IMG/VR virus record: IMGVR_UViG_3300042691_044682
Coordinates: 28,322 to 92,321 of that record
DNA from: a virus
Strand: one strand, 5' to 3'
DNA length: 64,000 nucleotides
The notes under the pieces are model-generated. The model searched no databases. It saw only the letters and a program-made list of their open reading frames with translations, and had not been told where the DNA came from. This document shows, piece by piece, positions 1-8,343 of the stretch. Position numbers and translations under genes: made by a program. Numbering within the stretch: the stretch's first letter is position 1; every line of letters begins with the position of its first letter.

Positions 1-16
1 GGGCCCGGTAGATGGA

Positions 17-256
17 GTGATTTCCTGTCTCGACCGGCGCGCGGCCGAAAGCCTCGCGGCGGGCGGACAGGCCTGGATCGCCCACAAGGACACGATCCTG
101 CTCCCCATCACCGCCGCCCAGTACGACCGCATCCGTGTCGTAGCCGCGCGTGACAAGTCCGATCTCCTGTATTTGGACGAAGACGCGCCGAGCGACCTCA
201 AAGACGAAATCTACGACCTGGTGGCCAACCACGAAGCCCGCGAGCTGATTGGCTGA
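17..256 (+). CDS. hypothetical early protein
   Basis: GGAG then GTG start; phage-like codon use; stop followed by repeat element A. Confidence 0.55.
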   Translation: MISCLDRRAAESLAAGGQAWIAHKDTILLPITAAQYDRIRVVAARDKSDLLYLDEDAPSDLKDEIYDLVANHEARELIG

Positions 257-359
257 CCCCTGACCAAGCGCCCCCGGCTTCGGCCGGGGGCAGTCCCCAC
301 CCGCCGGATCGCCCGGCGGGTCCGTCGAGCCCGCCGGATCGCGGGCGAAGGGACACCCG
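257..359 (+). repeat. intergenic structured element A (UUCG hairpin + hammerhead-like 3-way junction)
   Basis: gcccccggc-ttcg-gccgggggc 270-291; gtccc(293)/gggac(350) enclosing stem 299-321, ccgtcga 322-328, stem 329-346, gaa. Confidence 0.85.
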
Positions 360-521
360 ATGAACACCACCATCACCGTCCTGCAGGCCCTCGGCACCGC
401 CGGCGGCCTGCTCTTCCTGCTGAAGGTCGGCCTGGTCCTCGGAGAAGACATCTCCGAGTGGCTGCACCGCCGCCGCGCCGCCAGCCGCGCCATCATCACC
501 TACGATTCCCGGAGGCGCTGA
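360..521 (+). CDS. small membrane peptide (53 aa, not in ORF track)
   Basis: MNTTITVLQALGTAGGLLFLLKVGLVLGEDISEWLHRRR...; ATG directly after element A; TGATG coupling to next gene. Confidence 0.7.
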   Translation: MNTTITVLQALGTAGGLLFLLKVGLVLGEDISEWLHRRRAASRAIITYDSRRR

Positions 522-775
522 TGGTCCTGGGCTGGCTCGCCAGCGTCGCGGGCGCCTGCGCCCGCATGACGCTCACCCGGCCGGATCAGTGGTACCACCC
601 GAGCAACGAGCCGCCCGACACCTCGCGCGGCGTCTGGCTCCAGGGCCCCAGAGGGCTGTCCGCCTTCTGCCTGCCCGAGGACGCCTGCGCCTCGATCGTG
701 TCGGTGGTCTCGCCCACCGGGTCCATGATCCACCAGGAACGGCACATCGCCGACCTGGCCAACCAGCAGACCTGA
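521..775 (+). CDS. hypothetical protein
   Basis: TGATG overlap start (MVLGWL...), stop followed by element B. Confidence 0.6.
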   Translation: MVLGWLASVAGACARMTLTRPDQWYHPSNEPPDTSRGVWLQGPRGLSAFCLPEDACASIVSVVSPTGSMIHQERHIADLANQQT

Positions 776-873
776 CCGATGAGCCATGGCCCGCCCAGCG
801 GGCCATGCGCTAACGGAACGCCGCACCCCGCCGGCACCGTCCTTCGAGACGCGGGGTCATGGAGACATCCCCC
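776..873 (+). repeat. intergenic hairpin+pseudoknot element B
   Basis: hairpin 785-807; S1 813-823/832-840; S2 accccgc 825-831/gcggggt 851-857; core ccttcga 841-847; SD ggag 861. Confidence 0.85.
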
Positions 874-1650
874 ATGCCCAACCACGTCACCAGCAAGATC
901 ACCGTCTCCGGCCCCGCCGAGGACGTCGCCGCCTTCAAGGCGCTGATGATCCGCGAGGAGCCGACGCTCTACGGCCAGTTCCACGCTGATCCCGCGCTGC
1001 GGGGCCAGCCGACGGGCGAAACCGAGACGATCTTTGACTTCGGCCGCATCATCCCCCGCCCCGAGATTCTCGAGCGGACGGAGGAGAGCGGCGATTCCGC
1101 CCTCGGGCTCTTTGCCCTCGGCGTGGAGAATTCGGAGACCACTTTCGGCTTCCCCGCCCCGAATCCGCTCACCTATCCGTGGGTGAAGGATCTCGGCATC
1201 GAGACGCGCGAGCAGATGCTCGCATGGCTCGAGAAGGAGCGGCCCGAGGCCATCGCGGCGGCCAAGACCGCCATCGAGGCCAAGAAGCTGACGGGGCACA
1301 CAAGCTGGTACCCCTGGTCCATCGCCAACTGGGGCACGAAGTGGAACGCCTACTCGTTCCAGCTTCACGAGGAAGCGCCGGGACGGCTCGTGTACACGCA
1401 CGACACCGCCTGGTCCTTCCCCGAGCCCGTCTACGACGCGCTCTCCGAGCGCTTCCCCACCCTCCGGATCTGCATCGCGTGCTTCGACGAATGCAGCTGC
1501 TTTGCCGGCCGCGGGGCTTACAACGCCGGGCCCGACGACCAGCCCTTCGAAATCGTCGACGCGACGGACAGCATCTACGAGGAGGTCTATGGCCACCCGC
1601 CCGAGCGCTTCGACGACGAAGAGCCCGAGGCGGGGCCGGCCACCGCCTGA
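874..1650 (+). CDS. YubB/DUF1281-type ferredoxin-like fold protein
   Basis: MPNHV start, WYPWSIANWGTKWNA and DTAWSFP motifs typical of this family. Confidence 0.75.
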   Translation: MPNHVTSKITVSGPAEDVAAFKALMIREEPTLYGQFHADPALRGQPTGETETIFDFGRIIPRPEILERTEESGDSALGLFALGVENSETTFGFPAPNPLTYPWVKDLGIETREQMLAWLEKERPEAIAAAKTAIEAKKLTGHTSWYPWSIANWGTKWNAYSFQLHEEAPGRLVYTHDTAWSFPEPVYDALSERFPTLRICIACFDECSCFAGRGAYNAGPDDQPFEIVDATDSIYEEVYGHPPERFDDEEPEAGPATA

Positions 1651-1748
1651 CCTGCGCCCCCGGCTTCGGCCGGGGGCGTTCGTCCCTGTCGGCCCGTCCT
1701 GGGCCGGCCCGTCGAGCCCCGCCGGATCGCGGGGCGAAGGGACACCAC
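1651..1748 (+). repeat. intergenic structured element C (UUCG hairpin + hammerhead-like 3-way junction)
   Basis: same architecture as A: gtccc 1682/gggac 1739, stem 1688-1708, ccgtcga 1709-1715, stem 1716-1735, gaa. Confidence 0.85.
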
Positions 1749-2087
1749 ATGCCCCGCTTCCACGTCACCATCGAGCGCAAGCGCGCCGAGTACCTGACCG
1801 TGCGCGTCACGGCCGAGAACGAGGAGGAGGCCCGCAACCTCGCGCTCAAGCGCGACGGCGAGGGCCGCTACGACCTCCGCGACTGGGACGCCGGCGACGT
1901 GATCGAGGATTCGTCCGTGGTCACGCACGTCGAGCTCCCGAACTACGAGGAGCTCGCCGTGGAACTCGGCTTCGTCCTCGTCCAGAGCGCTGACAAGCAC
2001 GGCGACGAGGAGCACCTCTGGGAAAGCCCCAACGGGGTGGACCTCTATCGCACCGCCCGCGAGGCGGTGGAGAGCGCGAGCGCATGA
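1749..2087 (+). CDS. hypothetical protein (DpnD/PcfM-like VxVxAExEEEA motif)
   Basis: MPRFHVTIERKRAEYLTVRVTAENEEEA; ATG after element C. Confidence 0.7.
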   Translation: MPRFHVTIERKRAEYLTVRVTAENEEEARNLALKRDGEGRYDLRDWDAGDVIEDSSVVTHVELPNYEELAVELGFVLVQSADKHGDEEHLWESPNGVDLYRTAREAVESASA

Positions 2088-2317
2088 TCGGCTGGCACCC
2101 CTGCGAATGGATGCCCGCCATCGGGCGCTCCGCCAAGCGCCGCGCCATCGCCTGGTCCTGCCAGACCGATGCGCGGCTGCGGGTGCGCCACTGCGGCCAT
2201 CCGACCGCGCTCCGCCCCTACTACGTCGAGATCGACGGGACGTCGCAGCTCCACGAGCTCGGCACCTTCCGCCTTCTCGACGAGGCCCAGGCCGCCGCCA
2301 TGCGCGCGGTCGGCTGA
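2084..2317 (+). CDS. hypothetical protein
   Basis: ATGA overlap with previous gene; followed by terminator. Confidence 0.65.
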   Translation: MIGWHPCEWMPAIGRSAKRRAIAWSCQTDARLRVRHCGHPTALRPYYVEIDGTSQLHELGTFRLLDEAQAAAMRAVG

Positions 2318-2323
2318 CCGAAC

Positions 2324-2357
2324 CGCCCCGCTGGCTCCGGCCGGCGGGGCGTTTCTC
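2324..2357 (+). terminator. probable intrinsic terminator
   Basis: cgccccgctgg...ccggcggggcg followed by tttct. Confidence 0.6.
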
Positions 2358-2432
2358 GTGGCACCTTCATCGATTGCCCCGGCGCCTGACCCTCCGGGGT
2401 TCAGGAATTGTGCATCGGCCGAACCCGCCGCC

Positions 2433-2462
2433 TTGTTTATTCGTGATCCGTAACCATATAAG
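2433..2462 (+). promoter_or_regulatory. sigma70-like promoter for candidate ncRNA
   Basis: TTGTTT-N18-TATAAG in a locally AT-rich patch. Confidence 0.5.
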
Positions 2463-2469
2463 CTTCACG

Positions 2470-3100
2470 AGGGCAGCCCAGCCGGGCTGGTACCCTGCTC
2501 CCCCATTCAGCAACGTCAGTTTCGGGGGTGAGCAAAGGCCCGCCGCTTCTGCGCTGCGCCGTTTGGGCCGGCGCGCCGGCCGGGCAGTCCTCGAGGATCC
2601 ATCCTTCATTCCCGCGTCCCCTCCTCGTGAGGGGCCAGACCGCGAAGACCAGCCGCGCCGGGAGGCGCGGGGGAACGGGATCCGGCACGCTGCCCGCACG
2701 GCAGCGCTGCCGCCGAGCCTGCCGCGAGTGATGCCGCGGCGGGAGGAATCGGCCCACGCATCCGACCATTCTCCCCGCTGCTTCAGAGCCATGGGGTCTG
2801 GCCTGCTACGATATTCCCGAACGCCGCCCTTCGAGACGGCGCCCCCGAGGCAAGCTCCGCCGATCGGCGCTGACCAGCGCCACCGGGCGGAAAGCGCCGG
2901 CACGGTATGCCGGCCGGCTCGCCCGACGGGGTATTGGACCTGGAGCCCCGGCCGCAAGGCCGGCCCCCTGCTGAAGCGCATGGGGGGCAGTAGGACCAAT
3001 GGAACGCAAAGGTACCGCCGAACGACGCGCCTCCAGCGCGGCGGCCACCATGTGCAGAGAGAAACCCCCCACCGGCACGGTCCGGTGGGGGGTTTCGTCG
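2470..3100 (+). ncRNA. candidate large structured ncRNA (~630 nt), family unknown
   Basis: no credible ORF; promoter upstream, terminator downstream; many hairpins with GCAA/GGGA/UUCG loops and long-range complementarities. Confidence 0.6.
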
Positions 3101-3103
3101 TTT
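3061..3103. terminator. terminator hairpin between convergent units
   Basis: gaaaccccccaccgg-cacggt-ccggtggggggtttc perfect 15-bp stem. Confidence 0.75.
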
Positions 3104-3894
3104 CAGGGCGTCATCGCCGGCATGAGCTGCAGCTGGTCGGCGAGCAGGTCGAGCGCCTTGGGCACGCCCGCGAAGCGCGCCCGCCACTCGGCCTGGCGCC
3201 GCGGCAGGTCGGCCTGCACCCGCGCGCAGTGCGCCCGCCAGGCGCGCAGGTCGCTCTCGTGCGCCTCGGCCAGCCGCGCCAGGCGCCGCCCATACTCCTC
3301 CGCGCTCTCGTCGTGCCGCTGCGGCGGCGGCTCGCGCTCCGGCGGCGCCGGCGGCAGGCCCGGATAGGGCGCCACCTCAAGCTCGAACAGCACCAAGTCC
3401 AGCAACACGCCCAGCACCGGCCAGCTCAGCCGCCCGGCCAGGAGCGTGATGACCCGCCGTGCGCGCGTCACCCGCGGCGGCTCGAGCGCCTCATGGTTCC
3501 GGCCCGGCGCGCCGACGTCGTAGCGCCCCGACCAGCGCCGCTGCACGCCCGCCCGGGTGGCGTACTCGCGCAGGTCCGCCGCGGCCTGCAGGCGCCGGCG
3601 CAGCACGTCGCCCGTGTCGCCGAGCGCGCCACCAATCAGCAGCACCTCGATCGGACCGGGCAGCGCGGCATAGGCGGGGCCGAGGAGGGCGTAGATCTTG
3701 TCGCGGGCCAGCTGCAGGCCGCCGCGCTGGCGTTGCCGCTCCGGGGTGCCGCGATCGGCGCCCCATTTCTGCAGGATCAGGCCGGTGTCACGGTCCCGGT
3801 AGACCTCGACCTGCTCGCGCCGCCGGGTCGCCTCATGGCGAGTTCCCTTGGCCAGCCGCTTGAACCTGGACTTCCACCGCTTCGCCAACCGCAT
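3103..3894 (-). CDS. hypothetical protein, possibly late-gene regulator (DUF6456-like)
   Basis: good codon bias; C-terminal ALDLLADQL helix and position at end of replication block. Confidence 0.55.
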   Translation of the reverse strand: MRLAKRWKSRFKRLAKGTRHEATRRREQVEVYRDRDTGLILQKWGADRGTPERQRQRGGLQLARDKIYALLGPAYAALPGPIEVLLIGGALGDTGDVLRRRLQAAADLREYATRAGVQRRWSGRYDVGAPGRNHEALEPPRVTRARRVITLLAGRLSWPVLGVLLDLVLFELEVAPYPGLPPAPPEREPPPQRHDESAEEYGRRLARLAEAHESDLRAWRAHCARVQADLPRRQAEWRARFAGVPKALDLLADQLQLMPAMTP

Positions 3895-3911
3895 CGCGCC
3901 TCCGCACAGGC

Positions 3912-3930
3912 GCCACACTTCTATGTGGTC
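3912..3930. promoter_or_regulatory. CACA-N6-TGTG operator
   Basis: gccaca-cttcta-tgtggtc, intergenic. Confidence 0.6.
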
Positions 3931-3949
3931 CGGGCGAGGCTAGGCAAGG

Positions 3950-4681
3950 CTATACGTCGTCGGCCAGCAGCACCATGAGCGCGACCCGCCCGCGGATCTG
4001 GAAACTGTCGCCATCCACGCGCCAGACCTCGCCGCGATAGGGCCACGGCAGCTCGACCCGAACGCGCTGCATCGTGCCCGAATTGCGGAACACGAGAACC
4101 GCGCGCGCCGCCTCCCCCTCGCCCTCCACCGCCACGCTGCGGACGGTGACCTCATGGCGCCCCTCGCGGATCCGGTGCACGAGCACCAGGTCGCCATCGC
4201 GCAGCGGGCGGGTCATCGAAGCGAAGGCCTGCACGCCGATGTAGCTGCCGGCAGGGTAGATGGCGTTCGCATGGCCATCGAGCAGAACCGCCGCCTCGTC
4301 GGCCGCAAGGCCGGGCGGCAGCGCCAGGTGCTGCGGCGGGGCGATGTCGGCCTCATAGGTCGGCCGCCACATGCCGTCGGCCGCCGCAACCCGGACCGGC
4401 ACGGTCGCCGCCTTCACGCCGGTCGCCGGCGTCTCGCCGATGATCTCGGTCACCGTGGCGCCGGGGATTGCGCGCGCCAGCCGCTCGAGCGTCTCCTGGC
4501 TCAGCGTCTTCGAGTGGCCGTTCATGAAGTTGTAGATGGCATTGGCCGAGCGCAGGCCGGCCGCGCGCGCCCAGTCCGCCGCACGGAGGTCGTGCCGCTG
4601 CATGAAGGCCTCGAGGGCGCCGCGGCGGCGTCGGTACAGCCGATCGCCGCCCCGAGGCCCGTCTAATGGCTGCGTCATCAT
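3950..4681 (-). CDS. CI-like XRE HTH repressor with degenerate S24-like C-terminal domain
   Basis: AADWARAAGLRSANAIYNFMNG HTH; C-terminal beta domain (DGDLVLVHR...IRGRV); divergent from Cro-like gene. Confidence 0.75.
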   Translation of the reverse strand: MMTQPLDGPRGGDRLYRRRRGALEAFMQRHDLRAADWARAAGLRSANAIYNFMNGHSKTLSQETLERLARAIPGATVTEIIGETPATGVKAATVPVRVAAADGMWRPTYEADIAPPQHLALPPGLAADEAAVLLDGHANAIYPAGSYIGVQAFASMTRPLRDGDLVLVHRIREGRHEVTVRSVAVEGEGEAARAVLVFRNSGTMQRVRVELPWPYRGEVWRVDGDSFQIRGRVALMVLLADDV

Positions 4682-4690
4682 AGGACTAGC

Positions 4691-4709
4691 ATCACAGAGT
4701 GCTGTGGTT
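4691..4709. promoter_or_regulatory. CACA-N6-TGTG operator between CI-like and Cro-like genes
   Basis: atcaca-gagtgc-tgtggtt in a 41-bp divergent gap. Confidence 0.7.
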
Positions 4710-4722
4710 CATATTCCGCCCC

Positions 4723-4977
4723 ATGAATGGCACCCGCATCGAGGCGCTGCTCGACGAGCTCGAGAAGGCAGCTCGCAAGAAGCGCCTGACGAAGAAGCAG
4801 CTCGCCGAGATGGTCGGCCTGCATCAGAACACCCTCCGGAACTTCCGTGGCTACCGCGCTCGGGAGAAGCCCGACGACTGTCGCTGGACCCCATCGGTCG
4901 AGACCATCGCCCGACTGGAGCCCGTCCTGCTGCCACGCCGGGCACGCGACTCCGCGAAACCTCAGGTTTTCACATAA
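4723..4977 (+). CDS. Cro-like HTH protein
   Basis: LTKKQLAEMVGLHQNTLRNF...WTPSVETIARLE. Confidence 0.75.
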   Translation: MNGTRIEALLDELEKAARKKRLTKKQLAEMVGLHQNTLRNFRGYRAREKPDDCRWTPSVETIARLEPVLLPRRARDSAKPQVFT

Positions 4978-4981
4978 CCCG

Positions 4982-5431
4982 GTGTTCGCGTCCTCTGTCA
5001 AGCGAAAGCGCCCCGCCTCACCGGAGCACAAGCTCCAGGCGTCGCTGGTGGCCTGGCATGAACAGTGCGTGGCGCGGAACAGCTGCGAGCTCATCGCCAT
5101 CCCGAATGGCGGCTTCCGCCGCAAGTCCGTGGCCGGGAAGATGAAGGCCGAGGGTCAGCGCAAGGGCGCCACCGACCTCGTCCTCGCCCTGCCGGAAGGC
5201 CGCAGCCTGTGGATCGAGGTGAAGCTCGACGACACCCCCACCACCAAGCGCACGGACCTCTCGGCCGAGCAGCGCGCGTTCCGGACGAAGATCCTATCCC
5301 TGGGGCATTCTCACCGGGTGGTGCGCTCGATCGAGCAGTACCGCGCCGTGATCGAGGAGTTCGGCGTCCCGCACCTCGAGCGCGCGCCGCTCAGGCGAGC
5401 GGGCGAGCCTCGGCGGTCAGCTCCCGAATGA
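4982..5431 (+). CDS. VRR-NUC domain nuclease
   Basis: EHKLQ...IPNGG...KMKAEG...GATDL...WIEVK...SAEQ motif order. Confidence 0.85.
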   Translation: MFASSVKRKRPASPEHKLQASLVAWHEQCVARNSCELIAIPNGGFRRKSVAGKMKAEGQRKGATDLVLALPEGRSLWIEVKLDDTPTTKRTDLSAEQRAFRTKILSLGHSHRVVRSIEQYRAVIEEFGVPHLERAPLRRAGEPRRSAPE

Positions 5432-5738
5432 CGCGGCTGGCCTGGCGGAAGCTCTTCGCCGGCAGCTGACGCAGCTTCTCGACGAGCTCCCGGATCGCCT
5501 GGTCGCGCTCATGGGCCGGCGCCGCTGGCTCCGCGCCCGTCAGCCCCAGCGCCTCGTCGGCCGCCAGCCCCATCGCCTGGCACGCCCGCGCGAGCTGCTC
5601 GGCCGTGATGCGGTCCTCGTCGCGCTCGAACTTCGACCACTGCACGCCGCTCACGCCGATGACGGCGCCCGCCGCCGTCTGCGTCCACCCCAGCTCGACG
5701 CGCCGCCGGCGCAGCGCCGCCGCTATGCGCTCCCGCAT
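5391..5738 (-). CDS. XRE-family HTH regulator
   Basis: LRRRRVELGWTQTAAGAVIGVSGVQWSKFERDEDRI. Confidence 0.8.
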   Translation of the reverse strand: MRERIAAALRRRRVELGWTQTAAGAVIGVSGVQWSKFERDEDRITAEQLARACQAMGLAADEALGLTGAEPAAPAHERDQAIRELVEKLRQLPAKSFRQASRVIRELTAEARPLA

Positions 5739-5765
5739 GATCCCCCGTCCCACCGATCCGCCATC

Positions 5766-5784
5766 ATCACACGAAGCTGTGCTT
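5766..5784. promoter_or_regulatory. CACA-N6-TGTG operator
   Basis: atcaca-cgaagc-tgtgctt upstream of XRE gene. Confidence 0.65.
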
Positions 5785-6338
5785 CATGCCACTGCCTCGG
5801 CCAGCCGCGCCTCGATCTGCGCCACCCGCAGCCGCGCGGCCCCGGCCGCCGGCCCGCCGCTCGCCGCCAGCTTGCGGTAGTACTCGAGCAGCGCGCCGTC
5901 GCTGAGGTGGCCGGACGGTCGCGCCACCTTCGGCCCGGCCGCCTCCCGCTGGCGGGCCGGCGCGATGACCTCCTCCGCGTAGCGCGCCCGGAAGGCGGCC
6001 GCGATCGCGGCGCGCGCCTCCGGCGCCAGGGCATCGACGGGGTCGCGCGGCGGCGCCAGCAGGGGCGCGCCGCCGGCGTTCGCGATGGCGCGGCTGTGCG
6101 CCTGCGCGCGCCAGTCCTCGGCCACCAGGGCGCTGATTTCCTCGACCGAGGGCCAGAAGGCGAAGCGGCGGCAGGCCTCGCGCTGGAGCCGCTCGCTCAG
6201 CGCGGCCGTGGGGACGCTGAGCGCGAAGGCCAGCGCCCCGGCCCGGGCCTTGGCGTCGGCGGCGGTCGGCGGGTTCCGCACGGCGGCGGCGAGCGGGCGC
6301 AGGAAGCGCAGCCAGTCCTCGATGGCGGCGGGGGTCAT
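5784..6338 (-). CDS. replication-associated hypothetical protein (helicase-loader position)
   Basis: coupled to initiator by ATGA; FWPSVEEI motif. Confidence 0.6.
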   Translation of the reverse strand: MTPAAIEDWLRFLRPLAAAVRNPPTAADAKARAGALAFALSVPTAALSERLQREACRRFAFWPSVEEISALVAEDWRAQAHSRAIANAGGAPLLAPPRDPVDALAPEARAAIAAAFRARYAEEVIAPARQREAAGPKVARPSGHLSDGALLEYYRKLAASGGPAAGAARLRVAQIEARLAEAVA

Positions 6339-7465
6339 GAGATCCTCCTCGTTGCGAAGGTGACGTCTATCGGCTCGCCCGGGCCCTCGGCCTCGCGGCG
6401 CATGTCGTCCATCAGCCAGTCGAGCTTGCCCGGCCGGTCGCGGTAGACCTCGCCGCCGTGGCGGGTCGTCTCGGTCTTGTCGGGGAACAGCCCGGTCCAG
6501 CCGTTGGCGATGGATTGCTCGATGACGAGGCGCGGGTCCTGGCCCTTGGCGCGAAGGCGGTCGAGGGCCTTGAGCGACAACTCGGCCGCCCGCTGCGTCC
6601 AGCGCGCCTTGGCGACCTCGGCGCGGTAGCGCGACCAGTCGTCCCAGGCGTCGGCCGGCAGCCAGTCAGGCAGCGCTACGGCGATTTCCGGACGCGGCTT
6701 CGTGCGCCCCGCTCCCCCCCTGGGGGGGGACCCGTCCGAAGGACGGGGGGGGGATTCTTTCTTCTTCTCTACTACCTTCTCCTTCTCTATGGCATTTTCC
6801 GGCATGGCATCAGCATGGTTCGCGGAGTCCGAGGTTTTCTGCGGCTTTGCGGGAAAATGTAACGCGGCACTGGAAGTTACCGGCGGCGTTACAGGCGTTA
6901 CTGCGGGCGTTACGGTAACGCTGGTAACGGCGTTACGCGTTACACCCTCCGACGGCGTTACAGCCCCCGCCGCCGCACGACGGCGCGCCCGCAGCGCCGC
7001 CACCCGCTGGCGGGTCTTCTCGCGCCTCTCGTCCTCCTCGCTGACCCGCCCCCACCGCGCCGCCGCACCCGCATGCGCGCTCCGCCGCCGCGCCGATCGC
7101 CGCTCCCACGCATGCAGGACCGCCTCTGCCACGACCGGGTGGTACAGCCGCCCATCCGAGCATCGGACCCAATGTCGCAGCGCGACCCCCCGCACCTCCG
7201 GCCACAGCGCGCCCGCGCCCGAGAGGTGCTGCAGCACCCTGTCATCGTCCGGCAGGCTGCCCGCCGGCACCTGGTTCCACGACTTCGCCCACAGCGTCAC
7301 GCCAGCCTTGAACTCAGCCCCGTTCGCCAGCGCGTAGAAGTCGCTGTCCAGCAGGCGCATCACGTCGAGAGGCATGAAGCGCAGCCCGCGCAGGTCGGCC
7401 TCCGCCGGCACCAGGGGGTCCGGAAGGCCCTCCTCCCCATCCCGCAGGCGGACCACTCTTGCCAT
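6335..7465 (-). CDS. phage replication initiator, DUF1376/YdaU family
   Basis: FMPLDVMRLLDSD...LWAKSWNQVPAGSLPDDD...DGRLYHPVVAE; C-terminal WDDW...IEQSIANGWTGLF. Confidence 0.85.
   Translation of the reverse strand: MARVVRLRDGEEGLPDPLVPAEADLRGLRFMPLDVMRLLDSDFYALANGAEFKAGVTLWAKSWNQVPAGSLPDDDRVLQHLSGAGALWPEVRGVALRHWVRCSDGRLYHPVVAEAVLHAWERRSARRRSAHAGAAARWGRVSEEDERREKTRQRVAALRARRRAAAGAVTPSEGVTRNAVTSVTVTPAVTPVTPPVTSSAALHFPAKPQKTSDSANHADAMPENAIEKEKVVEKKKESPPRPSDGSPPRGGAGRTKPRPEIAVALPDWLPADAWDDWSRYRAEVAKARWTQRAAELSLKALDRLRAKGQDPRLVIEQSIANGWTGLFPDKTETTRHGGEVYRDRPGKLDWLMDDMRREAEGPGEPIDVTFATRRIS
6858..6962. repeat. iteron-like GCGTTAC/GTAACG repeats, probable replication origin inside initiator gene
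   Basis: about ten GTTAC/GTAAC units next to the T-rich tract 6756-6800. Confidence 0.65.
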
Positions 7466-7603
7466 ACGCCCCTCCGCACTTCCTGTGATCCTGAGCGATG
7501 CCGCAGCGCGCCCATTCGGCACGCGTGCGCATCAACCACACGGCAGGCTAATCCGCGATATGGTTCGGACGCAAGGCGAGTCTTTTCTCCTATCGTTCTG
7601 TGG

Positions 7604-7631
7604 TTGTCGGATTGATTTCCTTCCGTAGCAT
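7604..7631 (+). promoter_or_regulatory. putative early promoter
   Basis: TTGTCG-N16-TAGCAT in divergent gap; adjacent operator half-site tgtggtt. Confidence 0.4.
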
Positions 7632-7717
7632 CCCCATATCCACCACATCACCCGTCGCTCGCGCCGGACGCACCGCGGATCCGCCGCGGCGCCGCCGCCG
7701 CCAGCCGAGGCACCATC

Positions 7718-8260
7718 ATGCCGAAAGCGACCATCACGATCGGCGGCCCCATGAATTCCGAGGGGTTCGCCATGCTTGCCGCCGCCATGGCCGACGACGG
7801 CCTGCCGACGCGCGATCCCGACGACGACGCGGGCCCGGGCCAGCAGCCCACCCTCACCGCCGCCGGCACCGCCGACCCGGCCTTCTACCGCCAGGCGCTC
7901 ATCGACGCCCAGGCCGCCAACGAGCCCATCTCGCTCGGCACCTGGGACAACGACGACGACGTCACCGACGCCGGCAAGTACACCCTGCGCTGCGCCGACC
8001 AGCTCGCCCTGGTCGTGCGCACCTACCAGCCCGGCGGCTTCGATCCCGACTATGGCGAAGACCGCGACGCCTACATCGCCATCTCAGGACGCCTCGCCCC
8101 CGTGCGCGGCTCCGCCTGGATCGGCAGCGACGGCGAGCCGATGCTCCCCATCGCGCGCGCCGACATCGCGTCCTCGGACGCATTCAGGGCCCGCTACGAC
8201 GACGCCAGGAAAGCCTGGGCCGTCATCGACGCCAAGGTCCCGCCGATCGACATCCTCTGA
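7718..8260 (+). CDS. hypothetical early protein
   Basis: gagg SD, strong GC3 bias. Confidence 0.75.
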   Translation: MPKATITIGGPMNSEGFAMLAAAMADDGLPTRDPDDDAGPGQQPTLTAAGTADPAFYRQALIDAQAANEPISLGTWDNDDDVTDAGKYTLRCADQLALVVRTYQPGGFDPDYGEDRDAYIAISGRLAPVRGSAWIGSDGEPMLPIARADIASSDAFRARYDDARKAWAVIDAKVPPIDIL

Positions 8261-8343
8261 CCGCAAGCACGGCGCCCCTCCCGGGGCGCCGGCGCTTGCC
8301 GCGGCACTCCCGCCGCGGCCCGTTGAGCAAGAGGAACCACCCC
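8261..8343 (+). repeat. intergenic element D (degenerate S2)
   Basis: hairpin 8263-8299; S1 gccgcggc 8298/8312; core ccgttga 8320-8326. Confidence 0.7.

Noticed and set aside
2470-3100. tmRNA, RNase P RNA, group I/II intron or retron msr-msd
   Set aside because: No T-arm before the CCACCA at 3045, no GAGGAAAGUCC, no interrupted gene and no reverse transcriptase in the window.
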